Assembly: GCA_022813865.1 (NCBI GenBank)
Contig: JALDZX010000068.1
Coordinates: 62,001-97,929 of the forward strand
Source: Xylographa opegraphella
Taxonomy: Eukaryota
DNA length: 35,929 nt
Direction of reading: 5' to 3'
Below, piece by piece: positions 1 to 11,959 of the stretch (the stretch's first letter is position 1; each line of letters opens with the position of its first letter). A program made the translations under genes and the position numbers. The notes under the pieces were generated by a model that saw nothing but the letters and a program-made list of their open reading frames with translations, did not search any database and had not been told where the DNA came from.

Positions 1-2131
1 ACTCCTATACACAAGAAGTATGTATTGAAGATGCGGTTTTAGTGGAGCCAAATCAAGCCATTTCACGTTCATCATCAATTTTTCATCCTCAAGTGCCAGT
101 GCAACCACTCCATGTCTGCTCAGAAGCCGCTGCTCCCTCCTCTGTCCCCGAGAAAGCGGCACCTCCAGGCAAGAATCTTAGCCAGATTGTAACCTACTCC
201 TCCCGCTCGGTTTCTAACATGGCAGATATCATCGACGCCCTGAATCTATCAGCTTCAGCCAGCATCAAGTATGGTACGGTCAAAGGCTCTGGGAGCGCTT
301 CCTTCGTGAACGAGAATAAAGTTAGCCAGTCGGACGTCAGCTATATCATTACCGTGAAGGTTACCAACGAGACGAGTACAATTGCGGATCATATGGTTTT
401 CAATCCTCTGGAAAATATGGACCCAAGACACTTTACTGATTTCTTTGGAGACTGTTTCATTAGTGGGTTCTTGGAGGGTGGAGAATTCAGTGCCATTATC
501 TCCATCAAAGTCAATGATAAGAGTAAGATAAGAGAGGTGAAGGCAGCTGCGGAGGTCGATTTGGCAATAGCAGGTAATATTGATGGGTGAGGAAGTTAGT
601 ATTCTGTATTGACGGTAGCAGCTGCTCCAGGGTTGACAGCAGGGGCATCAAGCAGCGTCGACAAGAAAAAGACGAGTGTTTGGAATGACACCGAGACAAC
701 GATATCGGTAAATTGGAGTGGTGGCGGGGAGATCAAGGTCAGCCCAAGACAAGCATCAGCTCAATCTAGTACCAATGATACCCAACACAGGACCCAGCCA
801 CAAAATGGGACCTTGCCACCGTTGTCGACGTCGCCAGCCGCTTTCCCCACCTAGTAGAGACATCCGCCCAGCGCACTTCTGCCATCCTCACAAAGTACAG
901 CAGCCTTCGTTCCTTTGTCAGCGCCAACGCCACGCTCATTGCCAAGAACGGTCCGACGGGCGGCTACAGCATCAAGAACTACGAGCTCTGCCAGCTGTAC
1001 ACCATGGATCTCTTCTCGGCATACATGGCTTACAAGTCGATCTGGACGCAGCTCTCGGATATGATGAAGCACACCCACCGCTTCCAGGAGCGCGAGAAGA
1101 GCAAGGATGTACCGGACCCCATTGCCTTGACAGCCGAGAGCCTGAACGAAGCGCGTCTCTTCGCTCGGAAAGAAATGACGCTGATTGCCGACGAGAACGC
1201 GCGGCTGATCCGCGAACCAGAACTGTCAGATGTGGATGACAATGGCGAGCAGAGGCCGCTACCGTATACTTACCCCGGGAAACTGGCCATCCGGCTGCCC
1301 GTAGGTCTCCCCCATCCCATAAGCAAAACTCCCCACACGACCATCACTAAGACCGCGCAGACGAAGATCCCCCACTCCGCCCCCTCAGACCCAAGCACAT
1401 CCTCCCGCAACTCCCACAAACCCACCAAGGAAGAAACCGCCGCCATCAGCGCCTTCGCCGCGCGCGACGACCTGTATTTCAGCCCCCTCTGCGGCGACGC
1501 GCCCTCTCTCACGCACGCGCTCCTCGACCGCGGCAAGCACAAGGCCTTCTGCACCCTCGAGCCGAGCCTCTCCGCCCTGACCAAAGTCCGCTTCCACGCC
1601 CACGAGCACCACTACGGCGACCTGTTCGGCGACTGCCGGCGGCACTCCAAGTCCTCGCAAGGCTGCCTCGCGGCCATCGCCTTCAGCACGCGCGCCAACG
1701 CCACCGCGCGCCCGCTCGAGGACGGCACGCACCACCGCGTCGGCCACCCGAACGGTAACCTGACCTACTGGTCACGGCTGGCGGATCTGGGCTTCGCGAA
1801 GGTGGCGAAGGTGCTCGTCGAGTATGTCCCCGGGAGCGGGCGCGTGGCGGGCCTGGTGTTGAGAGATGCGGGTGGGAATGAGATCACGAGCTGGAGGCAG
1901 TATGGTCAGGCGAAGGTGGAGAGGCCGAAGGGGGTTAGGGTCGAGGTGCAGAGCCCGCCGGATGGGAAGGCCGGGTGGCTGCTGGTAGGGTTTTGGGGGA
2001 GTGTGGATGCGGTAGTGGTGTTGAGGGTTGGGGCGGTGTGGAAGCGCGAGGGTGGTGGGCATGGGGGAGGGATGTGGGCGGATGGGTCGGAGAGTGAGGT
2101 CAGTAGGTCGGTGGGGTCGTCGGCGAGGTAG
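1..2131 (+). CDS. 5'-truncated multi-exon gene: MACPF/CDC-like N-terminal domain plus putative jacalin-like C-terminal domain. Exons <1-573, 619-737, 791-1300, 1361-2131
   Basis: Frame is open from base 3 (SYTQEVCIEDAV), so the start lies upstream of the window. GT-AG introns 574-618, 738-790 and probably in-frame 1301-1360 join the ORF-track pieces in frame. FGDCF-ISGFLE-GG (444-482) has the spacing of the MACPF signature. C-terminal GWLLVGFWGS...LRVGAVW resembles the last strands of jacalin-like domains. The gene is well supported; the domain names are inference. Confidence 0.75.
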
Positions 2132-2257
2132 ATGGAAAGGGGTATCGCGCAGCGTCTGGTCTATATATCAAAAACAATAGTATAGTTCATAGATGCAGTC
2201 CATCTCTCTTTGCGGTCTTGAAGGTTATAGATAACACTGAAATCTAGCTTTCTTCTC

Positions 2258-3227
2258 TCAACCCCTCCGCCGTGTAGTCGGGCTCTTCACCTTTGGCTGA
2301 GCGCTGGTACTCGAGCCCATTGCAATTGCTTCCGGCTTCTTGCCAATCTTGCCTGCGTGGCCTGCTGTCTGCGGGCTGTTCCAGTAGTAGACCACCTGCG
2401 CTGCCAAGACTGCGTTCAGCGCAAAGCCGGCTACGAAGCCGTAGAGGATGAGTTTGTCGTCCACCTCTTGCAGAGTGGTGAAGATGCGGGTGAGGGAGCC
2501 CATGAGGTAATTGAAGACCTGTGGCACTCGCATGTTAGCCAAAATCTTCATCGATGCACGAGCGAGGATGCAGTCATAGAAATGTTGAGTGAAAATAGGG
2601 CATTCGTACCGCAAAGGCGCTCAACTGCCCAGTACCCCCATCCTGGTACACCGTCCAGATCTGCGGCACCTTGCTCACGACGCCTAGGGCCCCAGCGCCG
2701 GCCATCAACGTCCCAAGCATATCCATCCCTACCACCTGCTCCCTGAAAAGCGCCCACCCCACCGCTGCCAACGTCGCGACAAAGGACGCTGCCAGCGGTC
2801 CATGTCCGGCATACTGCAGCACCAGGACCGCAATGACGACGTTTTGGGCAGCGATCAGCGCGGTCTCGCCGTAAGTGCTGAATGGGAAGCCCATGCGCGT
2901 GTTATACGCGAGGGAGATGAGATAGGCAAGCGTTTCGAGGGCGTAGGAGGAGAACGAGATGCCGGCGGGGGATTTGCTGGCGACGAGTTTGAGGATCTGT
3001 GGGACTTTGACGATGGAGGAGGCGGAGATGATGGCGAGGCCGAGGGTCTTGGAGAAGGCGAGCTTGAGGCATGGGGTGGTCGGTTGGAGGTCCAGGAGGA
3101 GGGTTTGATGGCAGGCGGGGCCGAGGAGGGAGACGGAGAGGGACGCGAGAGGGGCGGGGACATTGTGCGTAATGGGCGTGAAATAGGGACGGAGAGCGTC
3201 AAATATGGGAGCGAGAGCCTGGTCCAT
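2258..3227 (-). CDS. MPDU1: Mannose-P-dolichol utilization defect 1 (Lec35), PQ-loop membrane protein. Exons 3227-2610, 2518-2258
   Basis: Two PQ-loop motifs (IVKVPQILKL, SKVPQIW), GFPFSTYGE and GTGQLSAFA|VFNYLMGSLTRIFTTLQE. Intron 2609-2519 reads GTACGA...GCTAAC...CAG. Confidence 0.93.
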
Positions 3228-4616
3228 TGTGGCGAGCGGTGGCGGTGCGAGTGGTGGATAGTAAGTTGAGCGGGCCGTGAGTTGGTGAGAAGAGTTCCTG
3301 ACTCGAAAGACACCTTGTTTATTTTCAGACTAGCTTAGCCCTAACTTAGTACGCTTAATCTCGGCAGTACATTGCTCCGCTCAGAGCTAGATATAAATCG
3401 TTCTAGCTAATGTTACCAAGGTATTTTACCGTCATCAAAGATCGTTACATCTTAGGTAAGACGCAGATGTCAAATACTAGATAGTTGATTATGTTCGTCG
3501 CGTCTAAGTTGCTATTTCTGTGAGAACAATTCCCTTTTGCTTCCAGTGGCTTGGAGTCTCCGTATTGTCTCGAATATTGACATCGGATCAATATTCGGTG
3601 CAGGGCTCTTCAACAAGAAGCTACTCAACAAGATACACAACGGAACGAATTTCATAGTAGCAAGTGATTATGGCGTCCGCCACTTGTGTTACATATGACC
3701 CTACATATGACCCGATATCCGACACACCTCCCGGGCTCCCATTCCTACCTTCATTTCAAATAGTATAGCATCAGATAGGGGTGCTTGCAAGCATTTACAA
3801 TCTGCGAAGTGCTCACGCTTACACATTTCGCGCAAGTTCTAATATGATTACATCCTGAATATTCATGATCGAATGCGATCGTGCCCTTCGAAATTCCATT
3901 ATGTTGGTTTTATTTCTGGGCTGTGACCCGCCGCATGCCCTCCCAACGACATGCTCCTCACACCTATCCCGGCCCATTGTTTCCGTTTTCGCGATAGGTC
4001 AAAGTCCAATTGCAGCATCTCCTGTGGACGATATCTGGGATGGCGACAACGCAGTGGGTGGAGGCACAGACCCCGTTTCCGCATATCAATGTGGGAAGAC
4101 ATGGAGGTTTGTAAGTAGCCAGTAGGCGTTTCTGCGTTGAGTTCTGAGCGGGGAGTCGTGGTTTAGTCAGGACAAAGCGAAAAGTCCGACAGACGCCAGC
4201 TTGAGGGGATTAGAGAGTGCTGGCCAATAAAGCTTCATCCACAGGGGAAAATCCGACGGAGTCAGGGATGTCGTCAGATATGAGAATGCAAGGTGCGCGA
4301 AGCATGACGACTGAGGTCACTCCAAGATTATTAATTCTGCTTTCAATGGGTTCGAATACCGGTATCTCAGAAGTCGTCTTAGAGGTAAATGGTCTGAAGA
4401 TCCGAGAGCAAGAACACCTTCTGAGCACCGTCAGAGGGTTCATATGTCTGTCCACTATCGAAAGCAGTGCTAGAACCATGGGGTCTTCAACCAAAAAAGG
4501 CTTCCAACCTTCAACACAAGATCAACAAATTCCCGCGCTGTTTCCCCGTGAGAGAAACTAAAGTCACGTCTTAGCACCATGCATTGCCAGATCAAAACGT
4601 GAATTTTAGCTCACAC

Positions 4617-5432
4617 TCACAAGCTCCACGAGAAAGCAGAAGTCCTCCGCTCCTCAACCGGCGGCTCAACAGGCAGCGTTCCCTCGGTCCGTATTTCCAC
4701 CGTCGGGAAAAACTGGCTTATGCTCTCTTTGAACCGTAGGACCAGCTCCTTATCCACATCCGCATCACTCAGCACAATGACCAAATTCTTTAGCGATCGG
4801 ATACTCTGCAGACCCTCACTGACCCAAGCAGCATCCATGTTCAGTAGAGCGTCCCAGTTAAAGCCTCGTGTGCCATTGACACAGAGCGTTATTGTACGCA
4901 CCCCGGCAGGTACATGTGCCTCCGCGCTTAGCAGTTTGCAGATCTGCAGCCAGCCTTCGCGCGCCTGCCAACCGCTCAACTCCCGACCATTGACGGTCAG
5001 GCTAAGGGTGCGAACCTCCCGCCGCTGCCAGTCCTGGATCGACTTTAGGAAGGCCGTGCAGCAGAAGACACTACTGCCGTACCATTTTTGAAAATTGATA
5101 CTGCTGAGTTGGAAGGGGAGCAGACGCGCTTCGTTGTAGATGGCCTTGTTGACACGGAGGAGGGAGAGTGCAGTGCTTTGCGAGGGTGGCCTAGTGTGAG
5201 AATGGCGGAAGCAGTCCGTTTGGGCGAGAACGTGACCGTAAACTTGGAGGCGGATCTCGGTTGGGAGAGCTAAGAGGTGAAGGGTCTCGTTGGTTGATAT
5301 GGAAGCGGGTTTTGCATACACTTCCTGTAGATGACTTGGCTTCGAAAAGGGTAGTAGCCATTGGGGCTTGTCCGATGTGCAATACAACTGCGGAAGGTTG
5401 GAGACAGAAATCGGGAGCCTGAGAACAGCCAT
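4617..5432 (-). CDS. Fungal hypothetical protein with an F-box-like motif
   Basis: 271-aa ATG-started ORF with LLALPTEIRLQVYGHVL and LLRVNKAIYNEA, followed by leucine-rich segments typical of fungal F-box-like hypothetical proteins. Confidence 0.75.
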   Translation of the reverse strand: MAVLRLPISVSNLPQLYCTSDKPQWLLPFSKPSHLQEVYAKPASISTNETLHLLALPTEIRLQVYGHVLAQTDCFRHSHTRPPSQSTALSLLRVNKAIYNEARLLPFQLSSINFQKWYGSSVFCCTAFLKSIQDWQRREVRTLSLTVNGRELSGWQAREGWLQICKLLSAEAHVPAGVRTITLCVNGTRGFNWDALLNMDAAWVSEGLQSIRSLKNLVIVLSDADVDKELVLRFKESISQFFPTVEIRTEGTLPVEPPVEERRTSAFSWSL

Positions 5433-5993
5433 TGTTGGAGGTCACCTTTTTCCACCGATGGATTTGATGCAAGAATTTTATCGAGAGTAACTTGAGAGTT
5501 CCATTGTGCCTTTGTATGCCGTCTCAATCTGGTCATATCACTGAACTGTCCAATCAAAATTATCGTCTGATAATAGCCCTAGTGTTGTCATCCACGAGCC
5601 TTACTAAGCCCTAAGTCAGAGCGATGCTGGATCCTGCAAGCGCTAACTTCAGCTCTTCAGGTGCAGAACTCAGCTGCGTGGCGTAAGCTGATAAAACAAC
5701 CAAGTCATGATTTTGTTTCATCGGATATTAAATCCAAGGCTTGCCAGAAGAGTGTGCGCCACATATTCCAGAGTAGCTCAACAAAAGGGATATACTTATG
5801 CATGACCACGAGAGTGATTGGAGCTCAAGTTGTCGACTTGAATGCCTCACGCAATGTCGTTCCTTATAATCGTAGAGTACTCATTTGTGCATCTCAAAGT
5901 AATTGGCGTGAGCTGAGAAACATTGATCCCCGGCCGGTTATTCTCTCCTTTGATCCTTCGGAAGAGGAAGCAACGAAGAAGCCACTGCTACGG

Positions 5994-6816
5994 CTAGCGT
6001 CCAGAAGGCATAGCCCCTGTCATCATGAAACGGAAAGTATCATCGATCGGCATCGCAGTGGCATTGATTTTCGATAGTATATCCTCGGATTCTGGCTGCA
6101 TGTCGAACTCCAGATCATCTCCACTCTCTTTACGATGTACGCCAACGATTTCCATCTCGTCTGGATCTGCTTCATCTGCTGCCGCTTCATCATCGTCCTC
6201 TTCATCTGATGAATCGTCGGGATCTGCATTCAGCTTTCTCCGCAAGCCCGTGATCACGTTCTCCACGCCCAACTCCCTCTCTTCCAAGGTATAATCTCCT
6301 CCCCAGGTATGCTTGCGCGCCTCCTCATTCGCGGCCATTCCTGCCCAACTCCATAAGTCGTGCAGTTCCGATTGTTGCAAAGTGCCATTGATGTCTTGCC
6401 CTGTAACCTCGCTTGCAGTTTGCCGGCCTTCGGCAACCCAGTCCTCGACGTTCGGTTCTAGTTTTTTGCGGAGCAGCTGCCCGAGAAGCTCTTCTTGTGT
6501 CTGACCAGGGAACTCCGGTAATGGATAGACTACCATCGATGCAAACAGGTCCTGGTGGGAGCTAAGAAGTTGAGACACAGACGCAAGGTTCTGGGAGATG
6601 ATGGCGGCGACGGACTGGAGTGAAACCCTATCGTCGCGCTGATTAGTCTTTGTATGTCATCCATCGCTCTTAATGGGCCGCATACCATGGTGGGAGAGGA
6701 TCAAAGTGAAGAATCTTTTGTTGAAAGGAACCTAGTGAATGGGAGAGCTGGGAAAGACGCTGGCGAGTTTGCTCGAGGGCTTTGATCTCTTGTGGATTGA
6801 GAGTGGTCGTGCTCAT
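5994..6816 (-). CDS. MED8: Mediator of RNA polymerase II transcription subunit 8. Exons 6816-6686, 6627-5994
   Basis: The spliced N-terminus reads MSTTTLNPQEIKALEQTRQRLSQL...PLPPW|VSLQS, followed by VYPLPEFPGQTQEELLGQLLRKKLEPNVEDWV. Intron 6685-6628 reads GTATGC...ACTAAT...TAG. Confidence 0.92.
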
Positions 6817-7179
6817 GTTGGCAGTTCATCCGGTGTAGATTTGATACATTTGAAGCTTCAATGATTGAAACCCGAGGCAAGTTCCCGCTACGATACGGAG
6901 TAGGATAAAGCTATCTACACATTTTATGCTAAAGCTTGGCTGCTTCATAACAGTCGGACAGTTTGCATAAATACAGTATTTCCCGGTACCACCAGTAGAT
7001 ACAACTAGATGCCATAAAGTTCGATTGGTACTGGCCATTCTAAGTCCTTCGCCAGCGGTGGCATTCATGAATATGACGTGGAAATTACTGTAGTCATTTG
7101 GTCATATGCAAAAGGGGATTTGACTTGGTATTCTTCGTCCTGTCATGCACTTTGCTATCCTATCGGGGCCACCCGCACC

Positions 7180-8508
7180 ATGGTACCCAATCCTGTAGCC
7201 AGCTTCACCATACCATCGATATACGACGACATCCTTCTGGACTGCAGAATCTACCATCCCGAACACTTTGTGCCGAATCACGGCGAATCAAGCTGGCGGA
7301 AGAAAGGAGCAATTTTAACGCATCCGTACGCTCCGCTAGGGGGATCTTATGATGACCCAGTTGTGCTGTCAGCGCTGAGTGAGATTTTAAAGCACGGTTT
7401 TGTGGTTGGGACATTCAATTTCAGGTCATTGGAAACTCATCTCCTCAATCAGAGCCTGTGACTGATCGGTATATACCGTAGGGGAGCTGCCTCATCCAGA
7501 GGCAGAACAAGCTGGACCGCTAAGCCTGAGCTATGGGATTTGATCTCCTTCTGTGGGTTTTTCGTGCACTATGTCAACGGTCTCAGACCGCCGTGGGTTC
7601 ACCACACCATGAATCCCCTGGAATCGCCTGTAGTCTCACCACTTTCAACGATCCAATCCGAACTCCCCTCAGTGGTTGATCTATATGAGCAAAGTGATAA
7701 GGGGATGACCCTACTATTGGGAGGGTACTCGTACGGTTCACTAATTACCAGTAACTTACCGACTACAGAGAGCATATTATCGCACTTTTCTACAGTCCGC
7801 AAGGGCACGTCTGAGGCGGAAATCAGGCTCCGCGCTTTCCACATGTCGACTCAATGGAATTCTGAGGTAGCACCACGTCCAATACGGGGACGAAGCCTGG
7901 CGACGATCAAGACTTGTGCGGCAAGTCCACACGCGGTTACTTTGGGTGGCGAGGAGTCAGAGCCAGGCACCCGGCGGGCCAGCAGGGAGTCGAGGAGCAG
8001 TCTTGAGTTCGTGAGACGCAGTATGGATCGTTCGAGAGCAAGACGTAGTTCAAGCAGGCGTAGTACTGATATGGAGGCGCCACTGCTGGAAGAGAAACTT
8101 GGAAGCATACGGGTGGCCGAGCCACGCACGATCTTCCTTCTGATCTCACCTTTGCTGCCACCGGTCTCGATGTTTGCAACGATGTTCAGCAAGCCGGGCG
8201 CTCTCCTGAAATGGCAAGGCGGAAATCCTGAAGTGACGACCGGTAATGTGCATCCGGATGTAGACGACAGGTTTCGAAAGCACGCAACTTTGGCAATCTA
8301 TGGAGACAAAGACTTTTTTACTTCCCATAAAAGATTGAGGAAATGGGCAGAGCAGTTGAGCTCAGGTGTCGACTCCCACTTCACATTCCGTGAGATTCAC
8401 AAAGCAGGGCATTTTTGGCACGAGGAAGGCGTCGACGCGGAAATGCGCAAGTGCATCCGTGAATGGGTTTTGGATGTAATCGGTGGCGCAAAGCACAGCG
8501 CATCGTGA
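7180..8508 (+). CDS. Alpha/beta hydrolase fold protein. Exons 7180-7424, 7482-8508
   Basis: Motifs HPYAPLGG and FNFR|GA, nucleophile elbow GYSYG, acid in GDKDFF and His in AGHFW. Intron 7425-7481 (GTCATT...CTGAT...TAG) keeps the frame. Confidence 0.9.
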
Positions 8509-9281
8509 CAGGAAGTGATGTGTTTCTGCATGTGAAGTTTTGGATAGATATGGCAGACCACAGGATAGGAAGTTGCCATGTCCGTTGTTTCCAAAAGCGT
8601 CAGTCCGTGTGAAGGGCCTCGAACCAGCCCAGGAACAGGCACATGTCAGCGACTCATATCGCACTTCCACCCCCCTTCACATCTTTTCCCGGTGAGGGCC
8701 TCTGATCCACCATTCGACGTTGCGTCGCGGCGATGGACTGAAGACCGCAGCAAGAAGGCGCGTGAATGGTGGCCATTCGTACACTCTGCAGGTCAGATCT
8801 GCGACCATGCCACACTGCGTGGGTGAATCACTTGGTCATGGGAATCATTGAAATTGGTCATTTGAGCAAAGGCGCATCCAGCTTGGCCAGGTTCCACATG
8901 CTGTTGGCCAGCTTTTTCGTGTAATTTACCTCCTCTGCGGAGCGAAAAATTCTTCCGACCTGAAATCCTGAATGATGCCCTGCCTAGATAGGTTGGTCGT
9001 CTGTATAGAGAGCTAGATGCTTGCGTATCCACAGTAGGTAAGTAATCAATGGCAGTTGCGGGCCCGACTACCGGAGAGCAACCCGGACGAAGATCCGGGG
9101 GTTGTTGTGTAGAATATAGTGACGTTCGTTGTCCACAGAACCTGCACCTGTCCTCGTGACAGCATCCTTCATTGTGCTTGCTGTATATTTGTTTAATCTT
9201 TCCTAAACTACTTCACGCATCCTTAGATACCGTTGCGAATATTGCCGAGGATGCCCCGGATTTCCCTGCTCTGGCATCACG

Positions 9282-11959
9282 ATGTCGTACCTTCAGAATA
9301 CGACCCTGCTTCAAAGTACGCGAGGCCATAGCACATTAGACTCGAAGTCCACAGACCAAGTGCCTTTAGGGAAGCAGACGAATGGCTCAAAATCTCTGCG
9401 CTCTCGCGGCTCGATCGCCGCGTTGGTCAACCTTGTTCGCAATCCGGTGGCCACGGTTGGAGAAGCCGTAGAAAACTGGTATGGCGGTTTGACAGCGGAG
9501 GAGCGCGCCCGCAAGCAGCAACTTGAGGATACGACACATATCTTCTATCTGCGAATGCGCAGCGTAAGGATTGCTTCTATACGCCGTACATCATTGTCTT
9601 GCATTGCTGACTCAATTTCCTGACGCAGGCAACCAACTACGATGACTGGAAAGCGGCCGCGACCAAGCTCGATGAGCTTGAGGGCAATAACGCCTGGAAG
9701 ACGGTCGTTGAATCCGCAGAATATGACGATCGACTCGTTGAAGCGCGTCTGAGACAGCTGGACGAAGCACGGATCAGCTGCGATGTTGGGCGAATGCTTT
9801 TCCTCATTCGGACGGCGCTCGCTCGTGGACTCGGAAACATGGGCAATCTTCACCTCTACAAGCACACTCACATTGGTACGAAAGATCTCATTGAACGATA
9901 TATTACATCTGCCCTAGAGACGCTGGATGCTTTGCTCGATATATCCGCCAAGGCCAAGTGCGACCGACTGGAAACGAAGCACATACTTGAGCAGGTCCTG
10001 TCTTCAAGACAGGCTTTTGGGCGAAGCGCTTTGCTGCTTTCAGGCGGTGCTACGTTTGGGATGAATCACATCGGTGTATTGAAGGCACTCTGGGAGACGC
10101 ATCTACTTCCCCGGATTATCTCCGGCGCATCGGCCGGTAGTATTGTATGTGCAGTACTTTGTACTCGCACAGATGAAGAGATGCCCGACCTCCTCGCGGG
10201 CTTCTGCCACGGTGATCTTGCCGTGTTCGAAGAAGAGGGCAACGAAGACGGATTAATGCAGAAGATCGTACGCTTCTTAAAGTTTGGTGCATTATTCGAC
10301 ATTTCGCATCTTACTAGAGTGATGAAAGACATGTTGGGTGATCTTACCTTTCAGGAGGGCTATAATCGTACTAGAAGGATATTGAACATTTGTGTCTCGA
10401 GCGCAAGTCTGTACGAATTACCGAGATTGCTTAACTATGTTACCGCTCCAAATGTCCTGATTTGGTCTGCAGTGTAAGTGAGGGTGCGACTCTATGGCGG
10501 CCTACCCTAACGAGGAAACAGTGCTGCCTCATGTTCTGTTCCGCTACTATTTTCGGCCGCTTCGCTTTTGGCGAAGGATCCGAGGACGGGTGAAGCGGTA
10601 CCATGGAACCCTTCACCTCAACAATGGATCGATGGGTCGGTTGACAATGATTTGCCGATGACCCGTTTGGCAGAGATGTTTAATGTCAACCATTTCATTG
10701 TCTCCCAAGTTAACCCACATGTTGTACCATTTCTTATCAAGGAGGAAGACACGATCGCGAGAGAAGCTCAGCAATCGACCGCAAGCCTTGCTGCAGCTCC
10801 AACATGGGTCCACAGTATGACACATTTTGCTAAAGGTGAGGCTCTGCATCGGATGCACATGATGTCAGAGATGGGTATATTTCCAAATACCTTGACCAAG
10901 GCTGTCTCGGTCTTAAGCCAGAAGTACTCAGGAGATATCACTATCTTTCCAGAGATCTCGTATGCCGATTTCCCTCGAATGTTATCTAATCCGACACCCG
11001 AGTTCATGGAACGGGCAATGCTTTGCGGACAAAGGGCAACATGGCCAAAGCTGAGTAGGATAAGAAACCATTGTGCGATTGAGCTAGCATTAGACGATGC
11101 TGTCCAAAAGCTGCGAACGCGAGTCGTGTTCAGTACAAGTCAAGCCGACTTAAGACTTAGGGCCTATGTGCGATCAAACTCGGACTCCAAGAGTCGTCGC
11201 AGTCTCGATGATGCCCGTGGTGGGAGAAGTCGACGGAAAATGTCGCAAAACAGTGAGATAGCTGCAGAAGTTCGAAGCTTCAGAGATGGCAGAACAAAAG
11301 TGCAGAACGCTGCTTCGAGCAACAATGTCCTTGGTCCCAACACGCACCCTTCAGATCTCAATAGAGCGAAATACACAATCCCTGACCGAAGTGCACTTCA
11401 GCGCTTATCAACTGAACTAAAGTCTTCTCCATTTTTCCAACCATACCCTACCTACGATATCGTATCTTCCGGAGCGGAAACCTCGAACCTTTCAACCTCG
11501 GACTATGACACTGATGTGTCATCTCCAATGGACTCTCCTTACTCATCAACATCGCCTGCTATTCCTGAGCTTTGGCCGGATTCACGTCAGCTTTTTCCGC
11601 ACGCAACGCAACCAAATACCCCCGCCGGTGATCTGTATCGATCTGCAATATGGTCTCCTCTGGCGAATGCTTCGCCTTGTGTATCAGGCCACAGTAGGAG
11701 TCCATCGGCATCGAAGAAGTCGCTGTCAATGACACCTGGCGATGAGGTAGCTACAAGCACCATACCTAGCTCACCCGAACAGAAGTACAAGCGCTTATTT
11801 CACAACGCCAAATCGCGTCTGAAAGCTATTTCGCCTGTTCAGCCGTCTCACCCGACCCCTGCACCTAACACAGGCGTAAAGAGATTCAGCAGCATAGGGT
11901 TGGAAATCGATATGTCTGGCACAAGAGGTATGGTACTCCGGAAGAAAAGCAGAGATTGA
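9282..11959 (+). CDS. TGL4: Patatin-like triacylglycerol lipase (Tgl4/Tgl5/SDP1 family). Exons 9282-9563, 9629-10473, 10522-11959
   Basis: LLLSGGATFG oxyanion motif, GASAG catalytic Ser, WIDGSV catalytic Asp and FNVNHFIVSQVNPH. Introns 9564-9628 (GTAAGG...CAG) and 10474-10521 (GTAAGT...CTAAC...CAG) restore the frame. Confidence 0.93.

Noticed and set aside
4170..4495. RNase P/MRP-like words (GAAAAGTCC, ATGGGG) and a B-box-like GGTTCGAAT
   Set aside because: The matches are partial; I could not build the P4 helix or a tRNA T arm.
5601..5620. Telomerase RNA template-like CTAAGCCCTAAG
   Set aside because: It is not the TAACCCTAA template for TTAGGG repeats, there is little room between flanking genes, and no pseudoknot or CR4/5 element is recognisable. 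A promoter motif is the simpler reading.
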